Source: an uncultured delta proteobacterium
GTDB taxonomy: Bacteria > Myxococcota_A > Polyangia > Fen-1088
Assembly (NCBI GenBank): GCA_963796685.1
Contig: CAWCMR010000013.1
Location: 128,001-192,000 of the forward strand
Direction: 5' to 3'
DNA length: 64,000 nt
Part shown: piece after piece, positions 1-9,273 of the stretch
How positions within the stretch are numbered: the first letter of the stretch is position 1
Layout: each line of letters opens with the position of its first letter
Notes under the pieces: generated by a model
Seen by the model: only the letters and a program-made list of their open reading frames with translations
What the model was told of the DNA's origin: nothing
Database searches by the model: none
Made by a program: the position numbers and the translations under genes

Positions 1-1
1 G

Positions 2-1129
2 CGCATCGCCCACGATTTCAGCAGTCTGCTTGTCCCCATTCTCGGTAACGCCCTCTTGCTGGAAGAGGAGGCTACGCGCGGCGATCACCTGCTTCACCGC
101 TTGCAGGGCATCCGCGAGGCAACCGAGGCGGCGCGCGGTTTCGCCCAACGGTTGATGAGCATCGATCCCAGACGCAAATTCGCCCTCGAGGACGCAGACC
201 CGAGAGCGGTCGTACGGGCTTGCTTGCTCGTGGTGCGCGCCGCATTGCGCGAGGAGATCGTCATCGAGGAGGACCTCGACGCGAAGGTCGACCTCGTGCG
301 CGTGAACCGCAAACAAATCGAGCAAGCCCTCTTGCAACTCGCGCTCAACGCTCAGGACGCCATGCCCGTCGGAGGCACGCTGGTCGTCTCCCTCGATTTG
401 GTCGAGAGCACGGGGAGCGAGGTGCCGGCGGGGCGTTGGGTCAGGCTGCGCGTTCGTGACAATGGTCGCGGCATGGAGCCATCGCTGCTCGCACACGTCT
501 TCGAGCCATTCGTCTCCACCAAGGTCCCAGGGTGTGGTGCCGGCCTCGGCCTGGCGGCGGTGTCGGCCATCGTTCGCCAGCACGGAGGCATCGTCGTCGC
601 CCAATCGCACCCCGGGCAGGGGGCGACTTTTTCCATCTACTTGCCAAGCGTCGGGTTGCCCGCCACGGAGCTGACGAGCTTGTCTGCCGCCGATTTCGCG
701 CGCGCGCCCACGCCCCGCGAAGCCGCGGCCCCCGAGGCCACGTTGCTGCTGGTCGAGGATAACGCCATGGTGCGACGATCGGTCGAGAATATCCTGCGGG
801 GCATGGGGTACGGTGTGCTTGCCGTGGAGAGCGGCCAGCGCTGTCTCGAGGTCGTGCGCGATCCCTCCCGGCCGGTGGATCTTCTGATCACGGATATCGT
901 CATGCCGGAGATGAGCGGGAAGGAGCTCATCGAGCGCGTGCACGCCCTGCGGCCGGGCCTGCCGGTGTTGTTCATGTCCGGCTACGACCGGTCGACCTTG
1001 GCCACCCGCAAGCAACCCGTGGCGGCCGAGCACTTCCTTCAGAAGCCCTTCGATTCCGAGGATCTGGCCCGGGCGGTACGCAAGGCCATCGGTCGCGCAA
1101 GCGATTCGCCCGATTCCGGCAAGACGTGA
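2..1129 (+). CDS. Hybrid sensor histidine kinase/response regulator (5' partial, runs off window start)
   Basis: Frame from base 2 reads RIAHDFSSLL (H-box), then N-box LALNAQDAM, G1 VRDNGRGM, F-box FEPFVSTK, G2 GAGLGL and a C-terminal REC domain (LLVEDN...LITDIVMP...FMSGY...FLQKP). Confidence 0.92.
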   Translation, partial: RIAHDFSSLLVPILGNALLLEEEATRGDHLLHRLQGIREATEAARGFAQRLMSIDPRRKFALEDADPRAVVRACLLVVRAALREEIVIEEDLDAKVDLVRVNRKQIEQALLQLALNAQDAMPVGGTLVVSLDLVESTGSEVPAGRWVRLRVRDNGRGMEPSLLAHVFEPFVSTKVPGCGAGLGLAAVSAIVRQHGGIVVAQSHPGQGATFSIYLPSVGLPATELTSLSAADFARAPTPREAAAPEATLLLVEDNAMVRRSVENILRGMGYGVLAVESGQRCLEVVRDPSRPVDLLITDIVMPEMSGKELIERVHALRPGLPVLFMSGYDRSTLATRKQPVAAEHFLQKPFDSEDLARAVRKAIGRASDSPDSGKT

Positions 1130-1161
1130 TGGCAGGCGGTCCAGTGAGGCAAGTTTTCCCA

Positions 1162-3411
1162 ATGAAGAAGCTCGCGCGCACGGTCGTTTGGATTCTGGTC
1201 TCGCTCTTCGGGGCAACCGCCTACGCGGTCATCGCCACGCGCCGGGGCGAACCGCTCAATGCCGCCTGGCTGATCGTCGCCGCCCTGTGCACCTACGCCA
1301 TCGGCATTCGCTTCTATTCCAAATGGATCGCGGCCAAGGTGCTGGTGCTCGACGACTTGCGTGCCCCGCCCGCCGAGGTTCACGAAGACGGGCGCGATTT
1401 CGTCAAGACCAACAAGTACGTCCTCTTCGGCCATCACTTCGCCTCGATCAGCGGGCCGGGGCCTCTCGTGGGGCCGGTGCTGGCGGCCCAGTTCGGCTAC
1501 TTGCCCGGCACGCTGTGGATTCTCATCGGTGCGCTCCTCGGCGGCGCCGTGCAGGACTTCGTGATCCTGTTCGCCTCTGTCCGCCGCGACGGCAAGTCCC
1601 TGGCCGAGATGGTGCGCGAAGAGGTCGGCGGGCTGGCCGGCACCATCGCCATGGCGGCCATCCTGGGCATCCTGGTGATCTTGGTCGCCAGTCTCGGCCT
1701 GGTGGTCGACAACGCGCTCGCGGAAAGCCCGTGGGGCCTGGTGACCACGGCCATGACCATGCCGCTCGCCATGCTCATGGGGCTGTACCTGCGCTACGTC
1801 CGCGTGGGCAAGGTCCTGGAGATGACCGGCATCGGGGTGGTGTTCCTGGCCGGCGCGCTTCTGGCCGGCTTCGTCGTGAACTACCATCCCACCCTGGCGC
1901 CCATGTTCACGGTCGGCAAGGAGAAGCTCGCGCTCTGTCTCATCGTCTACGGTTTCGTCGCCAGCGTGTTGCCGGTTTGGCTGTTGCTGGCGCCGCGCGA
2001 CTACCTGGTCACGTTCTTGAAGATCGGCGTGGTCATTCTTCTCGCGGCCGGCATCGTGCTGGTCCTGCCGCCCATCCAGATGCCGTGGCTGACCAACCCG
2101 GAAAGCTTCACGGGCGGCATGCACCCCGTGGTTGCGGGCAGCCTGTTCCCCTTCTGCTTCATCACCATCGCCTGCGGAGCTATCAGTGGTTTCCATTCCC
2201 TGGTGTCGAGCGGGACCACGCCCAAGATGCTGACCCGCGAGCGCACCATTCGACACGTGGGCTACGGCGCCATGTGCCTGGAGAGCTTCGTGGCCATCAT
2301 GGCCCTGATTGCCGCGTGCGTTCTTCCGCCCGGCCTGTATTTCGCGGTGAACGCCCCGGCGGGATTGGTGGGTGGCACGTCCGGCGCGGTCGCCCACGCC
2401 GTATCGGCCTGGGGATTTCCGGTCGGGGCCGACCAGATCGACGCCCTGGCAAGTGCCATCGGCGAAAAGAGCGTGCTGGCGCGTACGGGTGGCGCGCCGA
2501 CGCTGGCCATCGGCATGGCCAGTATCTTCCGCGCCATCATCGGCGGCGATGCGGCGATGAAGGTTTGGTACCACTTCGCCCTCATGTTCGAGGCGCTGTT
2601 CATCCTGACCACCGTGGACGTGGCCACGCGGATCGGCCGGTTTCTGATCCAGGAATTGGGCGGTCGGATCTGGAAGCGCGCCGGCGATACCAAATTCTAT
2701 CCCGCCAACATCGGCGCCAGCCTGCTCTTCGCGGTGGCCTGGGGGTACTTTCTGTACTCCGGTGTCAAGGATCCCCTGGGCGGCGTGAACTCCCTGTGGC
2801 CGCTCTTCGGCATCGCCAACCAACTGCTCGCCTGCGTGGCGCTTTGCCTGGCCACCACCATCTTGATCAAGGCGGGCAAGGCCCGCCTGTCCTGGGTGGT
2901 CCTGGTCCCCTTGCTCGGCCTCGGCACCGTGACGTTTACCGCGGGCATCGAGAAGATCGTGCATTCCAATCCGCGCATCGGTTTCCTGGCCATGGCCGGC
3001 AAGCTGTCGGCCGATCTGGCCGCCGGCAGGGTACCCGCGGCCAAGATCGCGGCGACCAGGGCGCTCATCTTCAACTGTCGTCTCGATGCCGCAGTGGCAG
3101 GCCTTTTCCTCGCGCTCGTGGTGGCTATCCTGGTGGTTTCGGCGCGCGAATGGGCGTTGGTGCTGGCGGGAAGGAAGCCGGCAGCGTTGCGGGAGACCTC
3201 GCCCGTGTGGTTGCCCAGAACGGTCGTCGAATCCGAGCTGCGGCGGCCCTGGTGGCAACTCGGCCCGGCGCTGGTCATCCTGGGCTCGCTCGTGCGCGAG
3301 CTTTCCGGCGAGGCCGCAGCGGCGCGTTCGCATCTCCCGCCCGCTCAGTCCCTGGCCCAAACCCTGGCTGACAAGTACGACAACCCGGATCGCCCGACCC
3401 GATGTTGTTAG
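1162..3411 (+). CDS. cstA: Carbon starvation protein A (CstA/BtsT-family peptide/pyruvate transporter) with fused YbdD/YjiX-like C-terminal tail
   Basis: CstA motifs DGRDFV, FGHHFASISGPGPLVGP, FITIACGAISGFH, LWPLFGIANQLL; many TM segments; ends ...RPTRCC. ATG at 1162 preferred over 1126. Confidence 0.93.
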   Translation: MKKLARTVVWILVSLFGATAYAVIATRRGEPLNAAWLIVAALCTYAIGIRFYSKWIAAKVLVLDDLRAPPAEVHEDGRDFVKTNKYVLFGHHFASISGPGPLVGPVLAAQFGYLPGTLWILIGALLGGAVQDFVILFASVRRDGKSLAEMVREEVGGLAGTIAMAAILGILVILVASLGLVVDNALAESPWGLVTTAMTMPLAMLMGLYLRYVRVGKVLEMTGIGVVFLAGALLAGFVVNYHPTLAPMFTVGKEKLALCLIVYGFVASVLPVWLLLAPRDYLVTFLKIGVVILLAAGIVLVLPPIQMPWLTNPESFTGGMHPVVAGSLFPFCFITIACGAISGFHSLVSSGTTPKMLTRERTIRHVGYGAMCLESFVAIMALIAACVLPPGLYFAVNAPAGLVGGTSGAVAHAVSAWGFPVGADQIDALASAIGEKSVLARTGGAPTLAIGMASIFRAIIGGDAAMKVWYHFALMFEALFILTTVDVATRIGRFLIQELGGRIWKRAGDTKFYPANIGASLLFAVAWGYFLYSGVKDPLGGVNSLWPLFGIANQLLACVALCLATTILIKAGKARLSWVVLVPLLGLGTVTFTAGIEKIVHSNPRIGFLAMAGKLSADLAAGRVPAAKIAATRALIFNCRLDAAVAGLFLALVVAILVVSAREWALVLAGRKPAALRETSPVWLPRTVVESELRRPWWQLGPALVILGSLVRELSGEAAAARSHLPPAQSLAQTLADKYDNPDRPTRCC

Positions 3412-4550
3412 TCGCTCCTTAGGACGCAATGTCCGGGCCCGCCGGATGTCGCACACGCTCCGGTTGGCGACTTGCAGTCGCTGTCCCTGTTGCAGGGCGC
3501 GGGCGCGCAGTAGCTCGACGCCGCACCCGCATTGGTAGGGTTGACCAGCTGGTATCCGAGATCTCCCGGTCCCGGAACCACGCAGGTGAGGAGAGGGTCC
3601 TGGGAGCAAGGGAAGTTGGTGCACGGGCGGAGGCAGAGTTTTCTGCCGTCGCCGAGCACGGCGCAATCCGAGCCAGGCGGGCACGAGGCAACCCCACAGG
3701 TCATGGTGCACAGACCGTCTGCGCCCAGATCGGCGCACTGACCGCTGGCGCACAGGTCGTTGCGCAGGTTTCCCTGGTCATCGCGACAAGGACTTCCAAC
3801 GTCGCCCGGAACGCCGGCGAAGCAGCCATGAATCCAGGCGCTACCCAATTTTCCCGGGGGCAGGGTTCGGCAAGTCAGGCCCGCTGCGCAATCTGCCTCC
3901 TTCGCGCATTCGCGCAGGCAGGTTGGCGCTTGCCAATCCGATGCCATCCCGGCAGGGGGCGTGGCGGTAAGAAGCCCCGCGCACACGCCCGTGTCGTCGC
4001 AGATGCCGCTCTGGCACGAAGCCGCGCACAATCCATGCGCCGGGCCGGTGCCGCACGGCGCGGTCGCCGGACACAGGCAGAACAAGCCCTGATCGCACTG
4101 CGCGCTCGCATCGCAAGGATCGCCGATAGCGTTGGGCTGCGCGACGATGAATGCGGCGTGAGTCTTGGTCACCGGGCCCCCACTCGCTCCGGTGGCCACC
4201 ACCCTGACCGGGTATACGCCAGGCGTGGCATAGATGTGGTTTGGCGCGAGGTCATTGGCGAAGGCGTTGTCGCCGAAGTCCCAAATATACTGGGTCACGG
4301 TGGTCGTGGTCAGGGGGACGAAGCGAACCGAGAAGGGTACCTTGCCCGTGCAGCTCGGCGCCTGGACATCGAAGGTGGGACAGTTCTCGACGGAAAAGTC
4401 CACGGCCAGCGAGATCTGCGCGTCGACCACGGGGCCCTCCGCGTCGAGCGAACCCAGCTCGGTCCCTGCGTCGCGCAGGTCAGAGGTGGCCTTGCTGCAG
4501 GCCAGGGCCGCGAAGGTGATAATCAGGACGCGTTTCATCCAGACACGCAT
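3408..4550 (-). CDS. Cys-rich lipoprotein with PKD domain
   Basis: Signal peptide with lipobox FAALAC; PKD motif YIWDFGD...PNHIYATPGVYPVRV; C-terminal Cys-rich repeats. Start is 4550 or 4538. Confidence 0.75.
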   Translation of the reverse strand: MRVWMKRVLIITFAALACSKATSDLRDAGTELGSLDAEGPVVDAQISLAVDFSVENCPTFDVQAPSCTGKVPFSVRFVPLTTTTVTQYIWDFGDNAFANDLAPNHIYATPGVYPVRVVATGASGGPVTKTHAAFIVAQPNAIGDPCDASAQCDQGLFCLCPATAPCGTGPAHGLCAASCQSGICDDTGVCAGLLTATPPAGMASDWQAPTCLRECAKEADCAAGLTCRTLPPGKLGSAWIHGCFAGVPGDVGSPCRDDQGNLRNDLCASGQCADLGADGLCTMTCGVASCPPGSDCAVLGDGRKLCLRPCTNFPCSQDPLLTCVVPGPGDLGYQLVNPTNAGAASSYCAPAPCNRDSDCKSPTGACATSGGPGHCVLRSD

Positions 4551-4551
4551 G

Positions 4552-5748
4552 TTACCCGCTTGCGACGAAGACTTGGCAGATTTCCAGGTAACGCGACTCG
4601 GGCCAGCCGGGTGGGGTGGGAAAGTCGGGCGGCAAGCCACCCATCTCGAGGACAGCTCCATGGCGTCCCGAGAGGCGGATGCCTTCCTCGATGTGGCGGA
4701 GCACGGAAGGCCCGCGACGCGTGTTGGCCGACACCCACAGGATTCCGCCCGACCGAGGCAGTAGCTTGGTGGCCAGGGCCAGCAGCTGCGGGTAGTCGCG
4801 TTTCATGGACCACTGCGAAGCGCGGGCCGCCGACACGGTCGGCGGGTCCAGCATGATCGTGTCATAAAGGCTGCCGCGCTCGACTTCCTTCTGCATGAAG
4901 CGTTTGACGTCGGAGACCTCGAAACGAAACCGCTCATCGTTTGCGGGGAAGCCGGATAGACGAAAGTTTTCGCGCGCCCAGGCCAGCACGCCGGACGAAA
5001 GATCCACGCTGGTCACGCTTGCCGCACCGGCGCGCGCGGCGGCGATGGACAGCGCCCCCGTGTAGGCGAAGGTGTTGAGCACGCGTCGGCCGGTCACGAA
5101 TCGACCCATCTGTCGTCGCTGTTCGCGCATGTCCGGAAACAAGCCGACATTGAGCGCGCCGAGCAGGTGAACCTCGTAGGGCACACCGAGCTCGTGGACC
5201 ACGTACTTTGCCGGTGGTGCTTCGCCCAGAACCTCGTCCTTGTGCGAGCGATCCTGGGGATCCTTGCCGCGCACCTTGATCACCGTGCCTCGCAGGCCTG
5301 GCGTGCATTCTGCCTTCAGCGCTGCCTCGGCCAGAAGGCGTGCGTAGGGCAGAAGCGGCCGGCTGGGCGCGCAGACCACGGCGTATTCGCCGAAGCGGTC
5401 GACGGAGAAACCGGGCAGTCGGTCGCCCTCGGCGTTGACCAGGCGATAGGTCGACTCGTCGGCGAAGCCGAGCGCGTGCCTCAGGCTCAGGCTGCGGTCG
5501 AGACGCTCCGCGAAGAACGCGGCGTCGAAACCACGCACGGCCTCCAAGGCCATGACCTGGATGACCGCATTTTCCGGATCCGCGATGCCGCAGGCGACAA
5601 GCTCGCCGTGAGGATCCATCAGCTTGACCTGCCGACCGGGTTCGCAGGCGCTGGCGCCAGGCAGGCCGCCGAGTGGAAGCACGGGCAAGCCTGCGCGTAG
5701 CCGCGCGTCGACCCCGTCGGGGAGGGTCATTCCGAAGAAACCGGACAC
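4552..5748 (-). CDS. Class I SAM-dependent rRNA methyltransferase (RlmI/RlmK-like)
   Basis: YRLVNAEGDRLPG, GLFPDMREQR, VLNTFAYTG, VDLS and IMLDPP motifs. Start is GTG 5748 or ATG 5730. Confidence 0.85.
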   Translation of the reverse strand: MSGFFGMTLPDGVDARLRAGLPVLPLGGLPGASACEPGRQVKLMDPHGELVACGIADPENAVIQVMALEAVRGFDAAFFAERLDRSLSLRHALGFADESTYRLVNAEGDRLPGFSVDRFGEYAVVCAPSRPLLPYARLLAEAALKAECTPGLRGTVIKVRGKDPQDRSHKDEVLGEAPPAKYVVHELGVPYEVHLLGALNVGLFPDMREQRRQMGRFVTGRRVLNTFAYTGALSIAAARAGAASVTSVDLSSGVLAWARENFRLSGFPANDERFRFEVSDVKRFMQKEVERGSLYDTIMLDPPTVSAARASQWSMKRDYPQLLALATKLLPRSGGILWVSANTRRGPSVLRHIEEGIRLSGRHGAVLEMGGLPPDFPTPPGWPESRYLEICQVFVASG

Positions 5749-5781
5749 GTCAGCGCTGCCTGAGCACGATCATTTTTCTAG

Positions 5782-5854
5782 GGTGAGCGAGGGGTATCGA
5801 ACCCCCAACCCTCGGATCCACAATCCGATGCTCTACCATTGAGCTACGCCCACC
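5782..5854 (-). tRNA. tRNA-His (GUG)
   Basis: Minus strand folds into a cloverleaf: G-1, acceptor GTGGGCG/CGCTCAC, D-arm TAGCTCAATGGTAGAGC, anticodon stem TCGGA/TCCGA with loop TTGTGGA, T-loop GTTCGAT, discriminator C. Followed by CTA, not CCA. Confidence 0.95.
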
Positions 5855-6026
5855 GTTTCCCCTTGCGGGGAGGGAAAGGTATGCCGTGAGCGTGGTGCCC
5901 GAGTCAAGGGGTCAATCGGAGAGAACCGAAGTCGCTCGCGATCCGCACCGCGCCGGCTTTTTCAGGTTGACGAGGCGAGCGTCTAGCCGCGAACATAGCT
6001 CTGCAGCGCAACCAGGCGAGGAAAAC

Positions 6027-6446
6027 ATGACTAGATACGCGACCGTGTTCCTGTTCCTGGCCTTTTTCGCCGTGCCGATGATGGCAAGGGCGGGAGAGGC
6101 CGACGATTTGCAGCGGCAGATCGATTACCTCAAGCAAACCACCACCGATCTCGAACGGCAGGACGACCAGAAGGCCGTGTCCAGCGACATCATGATGATG
6201 CGCTCGTGGCTGGACAACGCTTGGACCCTGCGTTCGCAGGAGAAGTACGACGAGGTCCGCATCGTCCTCGATCGGTGCGAAGCTCAGGCCAACATGGTCC
6301 GCCAGAGGCTGACGGCGGCGAAGCTGTCGGCCCAGGCCGCCGCCAAGGAGGACGAGCTCAAGCGCGCGCGCAGCCAACTCGCACGCACCAAGAAGGCCCT
6401 CGAAAACGCCAAGCTGCAGAAGGCGCGATTGGAGGGCAAGGTATGA
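6027..6446 (+). CDS. Secreted coiled-coil protein (DUF4398-like), partner of downstream OmpA protein
   Basis: GAGG-type RBS, signal peptide ending ARA, helical charged mature region; stop overlaps the next ATG (ATGA). Confidence 0.7.
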   Translation: MTRYATVFLFLAFFAVPMMARAGEADDLQRQIDYLKQTTTDLERQDDQKAVSSDIMMMRSWLDNAWTLRSQEKYDEVRIVLDRCEAQANMVRQRLTAAKLSAQAAAKEDELKRARSQLARTKKALENAKLQKARLEGKV

Positions 6447-7665
6447 AAACCGTTGTCGTCGGGAGATCCGCAATGACCCCAGTGTTCCGAGCTTCCCTCT
6501 TGTTCGTCTTCGTGGCTTCGATGCTTTCGGCGGGCTGCGCGACGCCGCCCAAGCCGCGCGAGCTCGACGCCCTCGAGAAGCTGCGCGTGGATCCGGATAT
6601 GCCGGCTGCGCGCAAGAAGGCGCCCGATCTGTGCAAGAAGGCCGACAAGGCATTCGTCGCCGCCACCGACAAGTGGCACAGCAACGATCTGAACGAGTCG
6701 GTCAACAACGCGCTGCTTGGTCAGATCTACTACCGGCACGCGCTTGCCCTGTCCGACCAGGACAAGTCCAATGCCCGGATCGCCGCGGCCGAGGACGCGC
6801 TTTCCACCACCGCAGAAGAGCAGGACAAGGTCCAGAAGGATCTGGACGACACCAACGAGAAGATCGTCCTTTTGCAGAAGAGCGTTCACAAGGACGAGGA
6901 GATGAAGGCGCTGGAAGCCCAAATGGCGGCCGAGAAGAAAGCCAACGAGGAAAAGCTCGGGCAGGAGAAGATGCGTGCGGAGACCGCGGACAAGGTCTCG
7001 GACGCCGAGCTTTCGCTCAAGACCGCCGAGACCGTGAATGCGGCGAAGTACGCGCCCAGCTCTACCAATCGGCGAAGGAGATCCTGGCCAAGGCCCAGTC
7101 CGAGCTGCAAGCAGGGCAGATGCAACAGGCCCAGTCCAGCGCCGCCATCGCCAAGAAGACGGCCGACGACGCGGCGGCCGCTGCCAAGCCCAGTTATACG
7201 CGCGACTCGCAGACCGAAGCGAACCGAAAGAAGGCGGACGACCTGTTCGCCGAGGCGGGTAGAATCCCAGGGGTCAATGTTCGCCGCGACGTTCGCGGGT
7301 CGCTCCAGCGCATCATCGTCAGCATCCCGGCCGAGATGTTGTTCATCAAGAAGCAGACCGTGATTGCACCCGGCCGGGACAGTGTGTTGAATCCGATTGC
7401 GGATCTCATCAAGAAGAAGGAGTACCAGGACTTCCCGGTGCAGGTCATCGGGCACACGGACAGCAGGGGGGGAAGGCAGTCGTCCTTGTTGGCGCTGTCG
7501 GGTGCGCGGGCTCAATCGGTGTTCAACGCCCTGGTTACCCGCGGCGTCGACGTGAGACGCATGATGGCCAGCGGGCAAGGCGGCGCCGAGCCTATCGCCG
7601 ACGGCCGTAGCGCCGCCGGCCGCGCCAGCAACTACCGGGTCGAGGTCGTGTTCCTGTACCAGTAG
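6443..7665 (+). CDS. OmpA/MotB-family peptidoglycan-binding lipoprotein with coiled-coil N-terminus (apparent frameshift near 7057)
   Basis: Lipobox LSAGC; C-terminal OmpA motifs VIGHTDSRG, LSGARAQSV, RASNYRVEV. The N half lies in the 6206 frame and the C half in the 6631 frame; one extra C in GCGCCCAGC joins them (KYAP-QLYQ). Confidence 0.8.
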
Positions 7666-7720
7666 CGGGGAGGAGAGGTCGCGAGGAGAGGGCCCAGAGG
7701 CGGGAGGAGAGGTCGCAGAG
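7666..7720 (+). repeat. Purine-rich short direct repeats (GGGAGGAGAGGTCGC x2, interleaved AGGAGAGGGCCCAGAGGCGG)
   Basis: Read directly after the OmpA stop codon; 19/20 match to 20515-20534. Confidence 0.7.
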
Positions 7721-7728
7721 CGCGAAAG

Positions 7729-7761
7729 AAGGGGCTTGGATCCACGGTCCGAGCCCCTTTT
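7729..7761 (+). terminator. Rho-independent terminator of the DUF4398/OmpA operon
   Basis: Stem GGGGCTTGGA / TCCGAGCCCC (one G-U pair), 7-nt loop, followed by TTTT. Confidence 0.7.
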
Positions 7762-7867
7762 GCTATTCGGGTCGATCTGGCTCGCGGGCCGCGGAACCCG
7801 GGAGAGTGCACCAGGAAGAGGACACCTTTCCACGACGGATGCACGCACCCAATCGGAGCGATGACCG

Positions 7868-7920
7868 GTGGCCGTGGCCGTGGCCGTGGCCGGCTTACCG
7901 TGGCCGTGGCCGTAGGCCGT
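7868..7920. repeat. Hexamer tandem repeat (GTGGCC)4 plus (GTGGCC)2
   Basis: Directly visible in the intergenic sequence between convergent genes. Confidence 0.85.
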
Positions 7921-8002
7921 CCTCACCGTCGAGGCCGACGGCAATGACGACCGACCACGACCTTCTGGGGCTAGGCGCCGCCCTTGGCGGTTCTTGCGTC
8001 GG

Positions 8003-9049
8003 CTATTTCCGGCCTTTGTGTCCGCCGCGCCCTTTGTGGTGAGAATCTCCCCCTCCGCCAGTCACCCACTTGAGCTTGGGCGAGATCATGACCTGCTCCT
8101 TGGGTAGCTCAGCCAGAGCATCCTTGTAGGTCTTGCTCTTGAACTGCTCCTGCTCCTTCTCGGCCGCCTCGCTGGTCTTGGCGCCCATGCCGATGGTCTG
8201 GAAGGTGATGGCGGCGTGGGACGCAATGGTCTCTTGCAGGCGCGAGAGCGAGGCGTCGTACTGCTGGCGCGAGATGGAGATCTTGATGACCGGCTCGTCC
8301 TTCCAGATTCCGATGAAGGTCAGCGACTTCAGCTGCTGGGCGTTGCTGAACATGCTGGTCATGTACTCGGCCCATGCGGCCATGGCCAGGTTGATCTTGA
8401 GATCGGGTAGGAACTCGTCCTTCCCCATCTCGAGGAAGGGATAGGAGATTTCCACCGCCTGGTTGCCGGCGTCCAGCTTGTAGGTGGTCTTGTGGACGAA
8501 CTTCTCGTCGTAGCGGGCCTGCTTCTTCTTCTCGCCGATGTGGCAGGTATCGTTGAGGTCCTCCTGCAGCTCCTGCTCGCCGCGCGTGCTGCGGATGAAG
8601 GCGCGGTCGACTTGCTCGGCGAAGTCGTACTTCACGTTGTTCTCGCACTTGGGTGCCCGGTCGGTCTGCTCACGGACGATCTTGGCGATGACGTTGCTCT
8701 CGCTACCGGCCTTGGCGTCCGCCTCGTTGGCGTAGAACCAGCCCTCGAAATGGGTGGGCTCGAAGGCCGTGCGCTTCATGGCGTAGGCGTAGAGCACCTT
8801 CATGGGCGCGTACATCTGGTCGCGCTTGACCGGCTGGAGCATGGCGAGCTTCATCATGACCTTCTGGCCATCGGACGGGCCGGTCACATCGTCGGCGACG
8901 ACGGCGAACTTGGCCACGCCAGGCGGGATATCGACCTGCGCGCAGCACGGCTTGGGGCCTTCGTCTTTCTTCTCGCAGCCCGCCGTCGCGAACATCGTCG
9001 AAAGGATCAGCAAGGCGGTACTTGTCTTCCCAGTCATCCCTGTCTTCAT
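8003..9049 (-). CDS. Hypothetical lipoprotein
   Basis: GGAGG RBS, signal peptide with lipobox ATAGC, Lys/Glu-rich natural-looking composition, strong GC3 codon bias. Confidence 0.8.
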   Translation of the reverse strand: MKTGMTGKTSTALLILSTMFATAGCEKKDEGPKPCCAQVDIPPGVAKFAVVADDVTGPSDGQKVMMKLAMLQPVKRDQMYAPMKVLYAYAMKRTAFEPTHFEGWFYANEADAKAGSESNVIAKIVREQTDRAPKCENNVKYDFAEQVDRAFIRSTRGEQELQEDLNDTCHIGEKKKQARYDEKFVHKTTYKLDAGNQAVEISYPFLEMGKDEFLPDLKINLAMAAWAEYMTSMFSNAQQLKSLTFIGIWKDEPVIKISISRQQYDASLSRLQETIASHAAITFQTIGMGAKTSEAAEKEQEQFKSKTYKDALAELPKEQVMISPKLKWVTGGGGDSHHKGRGGHKGRK

Positions 9050-9273
9050 GGTGGGGCCTCCGGTTCGGGGAAATGAAGCAGGGGGCAGCATACACACAGG
9101 ACGGCCAACCGGGAACCTCGAAAGGTCGGATTCGGTTGGTCGGGCGGGTGCCGCCCCGGCGGAAAAAAGCGCTTTCGGCGCTTGGGTTTCCCGATTCCAG
9201 CGGCGTGTTCGGAGCTATAGTCGGGGGCCTGGCAAAAGGTTACCCGACAGGCGCGGAGGCTTGGATTTCCGAC

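Noticed and set aside
1039-3753. 904-aa minus-strand ORF opposite cstA
   Set aside because: Antisense shadow caused by high GC3; Arg/Gly/His-rich with no motifs, while the + strand is a clear CstA.
7050-7065. Programmed ribosomal frameshifting at the split genes
   Set aside because: No slippery heptamers or consistent stimulatory structures; the shifts are scattered over unrelated genes, consistent with sequencing indels.
5782-7665. tRNA-His as integration site of a genomic island
   Set aside because: No integrase, no duplicated tRNA 3' end seen and no compositional shift; the flanking genes look native.
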